Source of the DNA: Candidatus Woesearchaeota archaeon
Lineage (GTDB): Archaea > Nanobdellota > Nanobdellia > SCGC-AAA011-G17 > PNOQ01
Reading direction: 5' to 3'
Assembly: GCA_043812195.1 (NCBI GenBank)
Contig: JBDRML010000021.1
Location: forward strand, 1-37,989
Length of the DNA: 37,989 nucleotides
Position numbers and translations under genes: made by a program. The notes beneath the pieces were generated by a model. The model worked only from the letters and a program-made list of their open reading frames with translations. It was not told where the DNA came from and ran no database searches. This document shows positions 20,257-29,532 of the stretch, one piece after another; position 1 is the first letter of the stretch; every line of letters starts with the position of its first letter.

Positions 20257-23200
20257 ATGGTTATAACTCAGCAAAAGCTAAAACCTGGAGAATATGAGAT
20301 TATAAGAGAAGGACAAGAAGAAATTATGAAAGTTAATTCTTTTGGTTTGTCTTTTCCTCCATCTATTGAGCAGAGTAAATTGTGTATGATGGATGTTATT
20401 GATAAATTATTAGCTGTTCCAAGTATTAGTAGAATAATATTGTCTGCTGATAGAAATTATCAGTATGATGTTGATCAGATACAGATGATTAGAGAAATTG
20501 CTAATATATATTTATTTTTGACTAAACAGAAAAAAATATTGAGTTTAGATACTTTAGGTTTTAGTGTTGGATATGTAACTCAATTTCCATCTAGATTTTC
20601 TGAAATTCAGTATGTTGTTACTAATTTATTGAAAGGAGATCCTATTGGTGCTTATGTTGAAGTGAAAAGATTGATGAGAGAACAGAAAATTAGGATACAA
20701 AAAATTAAAGATGTTCAGATGTTGAGAGATGAGAACTCATATTTTAGAGTTCTTTTAGATATATATGAATTATTAGATAAGACTAATTTAATTAATAAAG
20801 TAAAACCATTTTTAGATGGGCACAGTATTGGAGATAGGTCTTTGTATAATCAGGTGTTTAGAGCGACTATTTCACCTAATTTTATGTTAACTAGATTGAT
20901 GTCTGAAATACCTTTAGATGGGGAGATTATTGATAGTTATATTTTAGATGAATATACACATGTTAGTATTATTAAGATGCCTAATAATGTTAAATTAAAA
21001 TATCATTTGAGTCCACCTGAATTTAATTTAACTGATGATAAGGTTGAATTATTAGAGTTGGCTAGGTTGGTTTTGTCTGAGCATAAGCCTGCTGCTGAAG
21101 AGTTTGTTGATCCTGAAAGAATGAGACAGACTTTTTTTAATATTGGAAGAGATTTGATTGCTGAATTAGCTGATAGAAAAGGGATTATGATTAGTTTTGA
21201 AGATAGCAAACATTTAGCTAATATTTTAGTTAGGTACACGGTTGGATTTGGATTGATTGAAGTATTATTGAAAGATGAAAAAATTCAAGATGTGGTTATT
21301 AATGGACCTATTGGGCAGAGTCCTATTTTTGTTGTGCATCAAGATTATGATGAATGTACTACAAATATAATTCCTAGTAAAGATGATGGTGATAGTTGGG
21401 CTACTAAATTTAGAATGATTTCTGGTAGACCTTTAGATGAAGCTAATCCTGTGTTAGATACTGAATTAATTATTCCTAATGCAAGAGCTAGAGTTGCAAT
21501 TATTTCTAGTCCATTAAATCCTGTTGGTTTAGGTTATGCTTTTAGAAGACATAGAGAGCATCCATGGACATTACCCTTGTTTATTAAACATAAAATGATT
21601 ACACCATTGGCTGCTGGTCTTTTGAGTTTTATTATTGATGGTGGAAGAACTTTGTTATTTGCTGGAACTAGGAGTTCTGGTAAGACGAGTCTTCTTGGTG
21701 CTAGTATGGTTGAGATAATGAGAACTCATAGAATATTGACGATAGAGGACACTCTCGAATTACCTGTTAGAAGTTTGAGAAAATTAGGTTATAACATTCA
21801 GCCTATGAAAGTTAGATCTGCATTGGCTTCTGGTGGTACTGAGTTGGCTGCTGAAGAGGGAATTAGAACTGCTTTAAGAATGGGAGATAGTAGTTTGATA
21901 GTTGGAGAGGTTAGAAGTTCTATTAGGGGAAATGAAGAAGTTATTGTTGTTGAAGATGATGTTTCTAAAAGAATTCCTATAAAAGAATTAGAAGGAAAAG
22001 TTATAGATAACATTTATGTGCCAAGTATGGATTTTGATTTAAAGGTTAAACTTTTGAAATTGACAGGTTTTGTAAAACATCCAAAAAGAGAGAGGCTTCT
22101 TGAAGTAACTACAAAAACTGGAAGAAAAGTTACGGTGACAGAGGATCATAGCTTATTTACCTCTAATGGCTTTGAAATATTTCCCATTAAATGCAAAGAT
22201 TTGAATGTCGGAAGCAAAGTTGTTTTACCTGCTAAGTTGCCTATAGGGTATAATGATTTAGATTTTATTGACTTAACACAAATGCTTCCAGAATATCATT
22301 TGGAAGGTGCTAGAGATTATATTAGGTTGGCAATAAATGAAATTGGAGCTAAAACGTGTTCCCAGATTTGTGAAGTTCCAGATGTTTACTCATTCTTTAC
22401 TGATAGGAATTATGTGAATAGCAGAGGTCCAGTCAGAAGGATAAAGGTGAAACCTTTCTTGGATCTTATGAAAGAATCTGACATAGATTATGGTTTAGAA
22501 AATTTAAAGATAAAAAAGATAACATCTAATACTCTTCCGGCTAAATTTCCTGTTAATAAAGAATTTTGTAGATTTTTGGGCTATTTTATATCTGAAGGAT
22601 GTGTAGAAGGGACTAATGTTTCTATAGCTAATACTGATCCTGATATTATTTCGGATGTTAAATCTATATGCTTTTCTTTATTTGATAAAGAACCAACACT
22701 TAGATTTAATAAATTCTCAAAAGGAAAATCGATAAAGATGGTACTAGCTAATTCACCTTTAATTGCATTATTAACCAAATTTGATTTGAATAGAAGGAGT
22801 TATGAAAAGAGAATACCTGGTTTTATTTATGGTTTAAGTAAGGAGAAAATATGTGCCTTCTTGAGAGGACTTTACCTTGGAGACGGTGCTTTTTCTGGCG
22901 TGAGAATGGAATACACAACCACTTCAAAAGAATTAGCTAATGACCTTCTTTATTTATTATTGGGTTTAGGAATAGTTGCTAGGGTTAGAGCTAAAAAACA
23001 AACTAAAAAATCCCAAGGGAAAAGACTGCTTTATAATGTGGAGTTTGCTAGGAAAGAAGATGTTAGGAATTTCATGAATCTTACTGGATTTTCACGAAAT
23101 AAGGAACTATTAGAGAAAAAAGAGGGTTTAGAAATTTCTACACAAAATGTCATTTCTTTTAGTAAGGAAGATATCTTTTTTAACTTTAATAAATTGTCTA

Positions 23201-24066
23201 AAAGATTTAATCATCTTAGGAGAGATTTGAGATGTAGTAAGTTTTATCTTAAGAAGATTATTGAGGATAAAGATATTGAATGCAGTGAAAAGGTAAAAAA
23301 ATTTGCTAATGGTGATTTTTATTTAGATGAAGTAAAGGAAATTAGAGGAATTGATTTGGAAGATGGAGAATATGTTTATGATCTTTCAGTTGAACCTTGC
23401 CAGAATTTTGTAGGTGGTTTTGGCGGTATTTTGTTGCATAACACAGAAGCAAAGGCCCTTTATGAAGCTATGAGAGTGGGAAGTTTGGCCAACGTGGTGG
23501 CTGGAACAATTCACGGTGGAAGTCCTTATGCTATTTTTGATAGAGTTGTGAATGATTTGGGAGTTCCTAGAACTAGTTTTAAGGCAACTGATATTATTAT
23601 TGTTTCTAATCCGATTAAGACTCCTGATTCTTTACATAGTGTTAGAAGAGTTGTTAGTATAACTGAAGTTAGAAAAGAATGGGAAGAAGATCCTTTGAGA
23701 GAAGGTGGTTTTGTTGATTTAATGAAATATAATCCTAAGACTGATGAATTAGAGCCTACAGATAGTTTGATAAATGGAGATTCTGAAGTTATCAAAAGTA
23801 TAGCTGGAAGTGTTAAGGAATGGGTTGGAGACTGGGATGCAGTTTGGGATAATATTGAATTGAGAGCTAAAATGAAAAGAAGATTAGTTGATTTGGTTAA
23901 GGAGACTGGAAATAATGATTTGTTAGAAGCTGATTTTGTGATTAAGGCTAATGATATGTTTCATATGATATCAGATGAAATATTGCAAAAGCAAGGAAAG
24001 TTAGATAGTAAAAAAATATATTTTAGATGGAATGAATGGTTGAAGAAGGAGAGTAGGAAGAAATGA
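20257..24066 (+). CDS. Type IV pilus/type II-IV secretion assembly ATPase (VirB11/TadA/ArlI family), intein-containing
   Basis: GFGLIEVLL.D.IQDV.INGP, Walker A GTRSSGKTS, Asp box IEDTLEL, Walker B VGEVR, His box GTIH. The spliced product is about 761 aa. Confidence 0.93.
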   Translation: MVITQQKLKPGEYEIIREGQEEIMKVNSFGLSFPPSIEQSKLCMMDVIDKLLAVPSISRIILSADRNYQYDVDQIQMIREIANIYLFLTKQKKILSLDTLGFSVGYVTQFPSRFSEIQYVVTNLLKGDPIGAYVEVKRLMREQKIRIQKIKDVQMLRDENSYFRVLLDIYELLDKTNLINKVKPFLDGHSIGDRSLYNQVFRATISPNFMLTRLMSEIPLDGEIIDSYILDEYTHVSIIKMPNNVKLKYHLSPPEFNLTDDKVELLELARLVLSEHKPAAEEFVDPERMRQTFFNIGRDLIAELADRKGIMISFEDSKHLANILVRYTVGFGLIEVLLKDEKIQDVVINGPIGQSPIFVVHQDYDECTTNIIPSKDDGDSWATKFRMISGRPLDEANPVLDTELIIPNARARVAIISSPLNPVGLGYAFRRHREHPWTLPLFIKHKMITPLAAGLLSFIIDGGRTLLFAGTRSSGKTSLLGASMVEIMRTHRILTIEDTLELPVRSLRKLGYNIQPMKVRSALASGGTELAAEEGIRTALRMGDSSLIVGEVRSSIRGNEEVIVVEDDVSKRIPIKELEGKVIDNIYVPSMDFDLKVKLLKLTGFVKHPKRERLLEVTTKTGRKVTVTEDHSLFTSNGFEIFPIKCKDLNVGSKVVLPAKLPIGYNDLDFIDLTQMLPEYHLEGARDYIRLAINEIGAKTCSQICEVPDVYSFFTDRNYVNSRGPVRRIKVKPFLDLMKESDIDYGLENLKIKKITSNTLPAKFPVNKEFCRFLGYFISEGCVEGTNVSIANTDPDIISDVKSICFSLFDKEPTLRFNKFSKGKSIKMVLANSPLIALLTKFDLNRRSYEKRIPGFIYGLSKEKICAFLRGLYLGDGAFSGVRMEYTTTSKELANDLLYLLLGLGIVARVRAKKQTKKSQGKRLLYNVEFARKEDVRNFMNLTGFSRNKELLEKKEGLEISTQNVISFSKEDIFFNFNKLSKRFNHLRRDLRCSKFYLKKIIEDKDIECSEKVKKFANGDFYLDEVKEIRGIDLEDGEYVYDLSVEPCQNFVGGFGGILLHNTEAKALYEAMRVGSLANVVAGTIHGGSPYAIFDRVVNDLGVPRTSFKATDIIIVSNPIKTPDSLHSVRRVVSITEVRKEWEEDPLREGGFVDLMKYNPKTDELEPTDSLINGDSEVIKSIAGSVKEWVGDWDAVWDNIELRAKMKRRLVDLVKETGNNDLLEADFVIKANDMFHMISDEILQKQGKLDSKKIYFRWNEWLKKESRKK
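21919..23442 (+). mobile_element. Intein (508 aa) with LAGLIDADG homing endonuclease
   Basis: Removal restores GEVRS|TEAKALYEAMRVG. Starts SIRGNEEV; block B VTEDHSLF; endonuclease FLGYFISEG and FLRGLYLGDG; block F YVYDLSV; ends LLHN before +1 Thr. Confidence 0.93.
24001..24050 (+). repeat. 50-bp direct repeat, copy 1 (ATPase 3' end)
   Basis: TTAGATAGTAAAAAAATATATTTTAGATGGAATGAATGGTTGAAGAAGGA; 49/50 identical to 24673-24722. Confidence 0.95.
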
Positions 24067-24656
24067 AAAATAAAGCCGTTTGGATTGGAGCTGTCATCGG
24101 AGCAATTATTGGATTAATTTTCTTCTTGCTAGGACTAATTATTGGGTTAAAAGTGCAACCTGTTATTTTTATAATAGGTTTTACTTTATTAGGGGGCTTG
24201 TTGGGATTAATAGCAAGTATCAAAAGGAAAAATATATGGATTTTATATTTTCTTTTGCTACTTATTGCTGTTATTAGCTTGTTTCTAACTATAAAATGGG
24301 GTGCACCACAGGTTCTATTAATTTTTGCTCCATTATTACTTTTGATTACCTTACATATATTTTTATGTAAATCTTTTTTTGGAAACACAGTAACGAGAGG
24401 AACAATAATACTTGGAGGGATAATTGGGTGGATATGGGGATTAATAAGTATATATGCGGGGGCTTTACTTCTTGAGAGGGATGTTACTTTCATTAAAATT
24501 TTGTTTGTTTTGCCTGTTTATCTATCTCGTAATATTTTTGGTAAGCCTCTTTTTGTTTCATTATCGCCGACTATAGGATCAATCATTGGTCTAATTATAG
24601 GATTAACTATAGCTCTAATTATTTTAGAACTAAAAAGAAAAAATGAAATCAAATAA
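24063..24656 (+). CDS. Multi-TM Gly-rich hypothetical membrane protein
   Basis: About 6 hydrophobic helices with GxxxG repeats; ATGA overlap with the ATPase stop; lies between the two 50-bp repeats. Confidence 0.75.
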   Translation: MKNKAVWIGAVIGAIIGLIFFLLGLIIGLKVQPVIFIIGFTLLGGLLGLIASIKRKNIWILYFLLLLIAVISLFLTIKWGAPQVLLIFAPLLLLITLHIFLCKSFFGNTVTRGTIILGGIIGWIWGLISIYAGALLLERDVTFIKILFVLPVYLSRNIFGKPLFVSLSPTIGSIIGLIIGLTIALIILELKRKNEIK

Positions 24657-24672
24657 AATATACAAAATAGAA

Positions 24673-24722
24673 TTAGATAGTAAGAAAATATATTTTAGAT
24701 GGAATGAATGGTTGAAGAAGGA
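24673..24722 (+). repeat. 50-bp direct repeat, copy 2 (orphan ATPase 3' end)
   Basis: TTAGATAGTAAGAAAATATATTTTAGATGGAATGAATGGTTGAAGAAGGA; reads LDSKKIYFRWNEWLKKE then AKNNNFLN*. Confidence 0.95.
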
Positions 24723-24767
24723 AGCAAAAAACAATAATTTTTTAAATTAGGCATTTTTCCCAAGTTT

Positions 24768-25211
24768 ATGAAAACTAATGATCTTATATTGACAAAAAGG
24801 ATAGACATCATGTGTATGAATGGAAGCATTGCAAATGCAAGAGTTCTCGAAAGAGATCATTATCTTATTATGGTTGATTTTGAACGAAAAGAAGAAACAC
24901 CATATATTGGATATTACGATTTTATTGATGATTTTGTAGAAACATTCCCTGCATATGAAAAAGGAGATGAACGTATAAACCATTTAAGCTACCATGATTT
25001 TAGCCATGATGAGTTTCCAATACATAATAACAACCAGGAGATTGGATTTTTCCATTGTGCTATATTTACTCTTAATTTACCTGGGAAAGGTTTTGAACTC
25101 TCCTTTATGCTAAATAAAAGTCACCCAAATTTTCAGAATGGTTTGGATGATTACGACTCTTTTTTGAGGAGATTAAAAAGAAGCCAAGACTACAGCGAAG
25201 AGCGCAGATAA
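24768..25211 (+). CDS. Hypothetical protein
   Basis: 147-aa ORF; by eye it uses more C/A-ending codons than neighbouring + strand genes; no family recognised. Confidence 0.6.
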   Translation: MKTNDLILTKRIDIMCMNGSIANARVLERDHYLIMVDFERKEETPYIGYYDFIDDFVETFPAYEKGDERINHLSYHDFSHDEFPIHNNNQEIGFFHCAIFTLNLPGKGFELSFMLNKSHPNFQNGLDDYDSFLRRLKRSQDYSEERR

Positions 25212-25281
25212 AAATTTCTATTGAACAAATTTATTCTTCTATCTGGATTTTGATTTTATTTAGAAACATTTAAAAACAATT

Positions 25282-25653
25282 ATGCTTAGAAAGAGATTAC
25301 CTATTAAAATTAAAATTAAGTATAATCATTGGTATGCAAAATTCTTGAAATTTATTTGGAGAAGCAAACTTGTTGCAATTATTATTTATCCTTACATTTT
25401 TGTTAGCGGGTCTAAAAAAATGGCATCAAAGTATAAGGTTATAGAACATGAAATGGCCCATGTTAAACAAATAGAAGAAGTAGGATGTTTTAAATTTTAT
25501 ACAAAATACTGTTTTGAGTTTATTATTAATTTTTTTAAATATTTTAGTTTTAGGAAGGCTTATCTTAATATTTCTTATGAAAAAGAGGCGTATAAAGAAC
25601 AAATAAAGTTAATTTACCCAAAAGGTACTCAACACTTAAAAGCTAAACTTTAA
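25282..25653 (+). CDS. Small HExxH zincin-like protein
   Basis: AIIIYPYIFV, HEMAHVKQ and YLNISYEKEAY (third-ligand Glu) form a minimal metallopeptidase-like pattern. Confidence 0.7.
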   Translation: MLRKRLPIKIKIKYNHWYAKFLKFIWRSKLVAIIIYPYIFVSGSKKMASKYKVIEHEMAHVKQIEEVGCFKFYTKYCFEFIINFFKYFSFRKAYLNISYEKEAYKEQIKLIYPKGTQHLKAKL

Positions 25654-25678
25654 AAACAATTATTCTTAAAATAAGTAT

Positions 25679-27808
25679 ATGCCAATAGATGATAAAGAGA
25701 TAGATGATATACTTTCTAAGTATAGAAAGAAGTTAGATAAGAGAATAAATAGCAGTGATATTGAACGTTATACTCCTGATCCTGAATTTTCTAGAGAATA
25801 TTTGAAGTTTAGAGAAGAAGCTATGTCTAAAGGAGTAACTAGTTATGAAAAATGGTGTAAGTTTTCTAGTAGTATTATTAAGGCTGGTGCTCCAACTAAA
25901 GGCAGAGAAGAATTAGAGGGAAATATTGAAAGAGCACATTTGGATATAACTCCAGGAGATGCAAGATCTTTTGGTATTTTAATTTCTGGTATTGTGATAT
26001 TATTATCTTTATTTGTTGGAGTAGCATCTTATTTAGCTAATGGAGGTCTTGGAATTCCATTTGTTAGTTCTTTAATAATTTTAATTGCTTTTTTAATGAT
26101 TGGACCATTAACTAATATCCCTAAAGGGATTGCTACTAAAATTAGATTAAAAATTGGAAATCAAATGGTTCTTTGTATTTTATATTTAGTTATTTACATG
26201 AGACATACTTCTAACTTAGAGAATGCAATTAAATTTACTGCTGATTTTATTGGAAATCCTTTAGCTTTAGATTTGAGAAAGATTTTTTGGGATGTGGAGG
26301 TTGGAAAATATACAACGATAAAAGAATCTCTTGATCATTATTTGATAACTTGGAGAGCTACTCATTTAGAATTTGTTAATTCTTTTCATTTAGTAATTAG
26401 TAGTTTGTATGAACCTAGTGAAGATAGAAGATTGGAATTGTTGGATAAATCATTGAATGTTATTTTAGAAGGAATTCATGATAAGATGATGAGATATGCC
26501 CAAGATCTTAAAAATCCAATAACTATGATTCATATGTTGGGTGTTATTTTACCTTTGCTTGGATTAGTTATATTTCCATTAGTTGGTGTTTTCATGGGAG
26601 GAAGTGTTAAGTGGTGGATGCTGGCTATTTTGTATAATTTAATGTTACCATTTATAGTTTATAGTGTTGGAAATAATATTTTAGCTAAAAGACCTAGCAG
26701 TAGTGGAGAAGTTGAGATTAAGCCTGATTCTCCTAAAGCTGCCTTAACGTTTTCTGTATTTTTACTTATTGTATTTGTTTTAATTGGAATATCTCCCTTT
26801 TTAATTCATGTTTTAGACCCTAGTTTTGATGTTCAATTTTTTGGAGGAGAATTATTGTTAGATTTTGAATGTGGTAGCGGAACATGTTTTGGACCTTTTG
26901 GATTTGGTGCATTATTATTGAGTTTATTTATTCCATTAGGATTAATTTTGTCTATTGGAATTTATTATGGTGTTAAAACTAATAGGTTTATGAAATTAAG
27001 AGCTAGGATTAAGAAATTAGAGACAGAATTTTCAAGTGCTTTATTTCAATTAGGAACGAGAATTGGAGATGGAATTCCTTCTGAAGTTGCTTTTAAGGAT
27101 GTAGCTGGTGTTATGCAGGGAACTCCTACTGGAAATTTCTTTAAAGATGTTTATCATAATTTAAGTAAATTAGGTATGACTTTAAAAGAGGCTATTTTTG
27201 ATAGAGAAAGGGGGGCTATTGTTTCTACACCTAGCTCTTTGGTTAGAAGTTCTATGCAAGTTCTTTTGGAAAGTGCAAAAAAGGGTCCTAAAATTGTTTC
27301 ACATTCTTTGATTAGTATTTCTAATTATGTAAATAATGTTCATAGAGTTAATGAAAGGTTAAGAGATTTATTGGCTGATATTATTGCTAGTATGCAGAGC
27401 CAGATTAAATTTATGGCTCCTGTTATTGGGGCTATTGTTGTTGGATTGGCTAGTATGATTGTGACTATAATTGCTCGTTTGCAAGCTATGCTTGATAGTA
27501 TTAATTCTGGTGAATTAAGTGCTGATGCAGTTGGGTTTGATATTGGCGGATTTGCTAATTTATTTCAAAAGACTGAAGCTATCCCAGGATATTTCTTTCA
27601 GATAATAGTTGGTGTTTATATTGTTCAAATTATTTATGTTTTGAGTGTTTTGAATAATGGAATTGAGTATGGTGTTGATGAATTAAATGAGAAGAATAGT
27701 ATTGGTAAGAATATGTTGAAGAGCGGATTATTGTATATTATTTTATCATTAATATTTATTTTATTATTTAATAGATTGGCTAATTTAGTTTTAACTGGAT
27801 TTACTTGA
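25679..27808 (+). CDS. Type IV pilus membrane platform protein (TadB/TadC/ArlJ-like, two T2SSF-type domains)
   Basis: Two cytoplasmic helical domains (YMRHTSNLENAIKF; FQLGTRIGDGIPSEVAF), each followed by TM bundles; located between the ATPase and the pilins. Confidence 0.85.
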   Translation: MPIDDKEIDDILSKYRKKLDKRINSSDIERYTPDPEFSREYLKFREEAMSKGVTSYEKWCKFSSSIIKAGAPTKGREELEGNIERAHLDITPGDARSFGILISGIVILLSLFVGVASYLANGGLGIPFVSSLIILIAFLMIGPLTNIPKGIATKIRLKIGNQMVLCILYLVIYMRHTSNLENAIKFTADFIGNPLALDLRKIFWDVEVGKYTTIKESLDHYLITWRATHLEFVNSFHLVISSLYEPSEDRRLELLDKSLNVILEGIHDKMMRYAQDLKNPITMIHMLGVILPLLGLVIFPLVGVFMGGSVKWWMLAILYNLMLPFIVYSVGNNILAKRPSSSGEVEIKPDSPKAALTFSVFLLIVFVLIGISPFLIHVLDPSFDVQFFGGELLLDFECGSGTCFGPFGFGALLLSLFIPLGLILSIGIYYGVKTNRFMKLRARIKKLETEFSSALFQLGTRIGDGIPSEVAFKDVAGVMQGTPTGNFFKDVYHNLSKLGMTLKEAIFDRERGAIVSTPSSLVRSSMQVLLESAKKGPKIVSHSLISISNYVNNVHRVNERLRDLLADIIASMQSQIKFMAPVIGAIVVGLASMIVTIIARLQAMLDSINSGELSADAVGFDIGGFANLFQKTEAIPGYFFQIIVGVYIVQIIYVLSVLNNGIEYGVDELNEKNSIGKNMLKSGLLYIILSLIFILLFNRLANLVLTGFT

Positions 27809-27843
27809 TTAGGCTAATATTTATAAATAGTAAAGGAGAAAGT

Positions 27844-27966
27844 ATGAATATGAAAAAAAGAGGTGCGATTTCAGATTATTTAACTGTTATTTTTGCTATT
27901 CTTTTTGCTCTTTTGCTATTGTTTGCATTTTGGTATTTTTTGAAAAGAGGTGGTGTTTTTGGATAA
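27844..27966 (+). CDS. Micro-pilin-like protein with class III signal peptide (40 aa, not in ORF track)
   Basis: MNMKKRG|AISDYLTVIFAILFALLLLFAFWYFLKRGGVFG*; SD AAGGAG upstream; overlaps the start of the next gene. Confidence 0.75.
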   Translation: MNMKKRGAISDYLTVIFAILFALLLLFAFWYFLKRGGVFG

Positions 27967-29374
27967 GAAAGGTGAAACTATGATGGTTATTGTAAAAGCT
28001 ATTGTAGTGATAGCATTAGTTGCAATATTATTTTATTTCTTTGTTGAATTTGTAGTTATTGGTAGAGAGAGTGCTGATAGAGAAGTTTGTAGAACTAGTG
28101 TTTTGTTAGCTGGGAAAACTCAAATAATTCCTGGAACTGAATTGAAATGCAAAACAGATTTTAAAACTATAAAAACTGATGATGTTGATGAAATAAAGAT
28201 GGAGATTACACAGGAGATGTATGATTGCTGGTATCAGTATGGTGAAGGTAAAGTTAATTTCATGAAGCATTTTGAATTTAGTAACAATGGTGAAAAGATT
28301 TTTGTTTGTTCTAGAATTGATTTTAAAGAAGGTGTTGATAAAAAGATAACAGGATTTTCAGATTTTTGGGCTACTAAATCATTGCCCTTTAAGAATGATA
28401 TGACTTTTTATGAGTATTTTTATGGTTCAGGCGTTACAGATCCTGATGTGGATATAACACTTAGTACTGAGGAACCTGTATATGTAATTTATTTAGCTAC
28501 TAAAAGTAATTTGTTAACTTGGGCAGAAAAACATCCAATTGGTGGTTCTTTGTTTCTTGGTGCTGTAGTGGTAGGAATTCCTTTGCTTGCAGGCGTACCA
28601 GTTTTGATTGCTCCTGGTGTTGCTATATTGGGTGGTGTAAATATACTTGGTACTAAGTATTCTAGTAATTTGTTAGTTGGTAATGCAGATACAATTATGG
28701 ATCTATTAGGTTATTCTGTTGAAATAAGAGATGGAACTAAAGATAATCCATTTACAACAGGAGATGAAACTAAAATTGAAGAATTTGTTGATAATCATAG
28801 AGAATTTTATTTTAAAGCAAAAGATACTGGAGCTTTTAAGTATGATTCTGCTAAATTTTATTTTGATGAGGAAAAAGGTTGGATGATAGATGGATCCTTT
28901 ACTGGAGTTAGAGGACCAAGAGAAGTTGAAAATATTGGTGGAATACTTATAGATAGTGGATTATTAAATGATGAGATAAAAGCTATTGCAGAATTAATTG
29001 TGGATAGGGCTGGCGAGGATCCTGATGAAGAAATAGAAGTTATTGATGAAAAAGTTATATTTCAAGATTTAACTCTCTGTAGAGATGATGAGTTTTATAC
29101 ATGCGGGCAAGAATATATAATTGCATTAGAAGGCGGAGCATCTTATACTTGTTGTGGCAGAAAATCAACTGAAGGGTACACTTGTAAAATTTATAGTTCG
29201 CCTCAAAAAAATTATGTAAATGTTTGCAAGGGTCAACTATTTCATTTGGTTTCTAATCCTTCTGGTGTTAGCGAGGATTGTGATTGGGATTTTTGGGAAC
29301 CATGTTGTAATGGTGACTCAGAGCCAGATTGTATTTCTGGAATATGGAGGTGCGATAAAACACCATGTCCCTAA
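27950..29374 (+). CDS. Large minor pilin/adhesin-like protein (class III signal peptide, internal hydrophobic segment, Cys-rich C-terminus)
   Basis: KKG|ETMMVIVKAIVVIALVAILFYFF; C..S/CW pairs; internal Gly-rich hydrophobic stretch; many Cys in the last 100 aa. Confidence 0.75.
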   Translation: MVFLDKKGETMMVIVKAIVVIALVAILFYFFVEFVVIGRESADREVCRTSVLLAGKTQIIPGTELKCKTDFKTIKTDDVDEIKMEITQEMYDCWYQYGEGKVNFMKHFEFSNNGEKIFVCSRIDFKEGVDKKITGFSDFWATKSLPFKNDMTFYEYFYGSGVTDPDVDITLSTEEPVYVIYLATKSNLLTWAEKHPIGGSLFLGAVVVGIPLLAGVPVLIAPGVAILGGVNILGTKYSSNLLVGNADTIMDLLGYSVEIRDGTKDNPFTTGDETKIEEFVDNHREFYFKAKDTGAFKYDSAKFYFDEEKGWMIDGSFTGVRGPREVENIGGILIDSGLLNDEIKAIAELIVDRAGEDPDEEIEVIDEKVIFQDLTLCRDDEFYTCGQEYIIALEGGASYTCCGRKSTEGYTCKIYSSPQKNYVNVCKGQLFHLVSNPSGVSEDCDWDFWEPCCNGDSEPDCISGIWRCDKTPCP

Positions 29375-29532
29375 GAAATAAAAGAGGAGAAATTATTTGG
29401 AATAAGCTTGGATTGTGGATATTAGCTTTGATATTATTAATTATACTTTTATTGATAGTTTTTGAGCATAAAGGTTCTTTGACTAATTTTTTAAAAAGCA
29501 TAGGAGATATTTTTAGATATGGAGGGAGTTAA
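29365..29532 (+). CDS. Small pilin-like protein with class III signal peptide (55 aa, not in ORF track)
   Basis: MSLRNKRG|EIIWNKLGLWILALILLIILLLIVFEHKGSLTNFLKSIGDIFRYGGS*; SD GGAGGTG at 29346; TAATG coupling to 29532. Confidence 0.8.
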   Translation: MSLRNKRGEIIWNKLGLWILALILLIILLLIVFEHKGSLTNFLKSIGDIFRYGGS

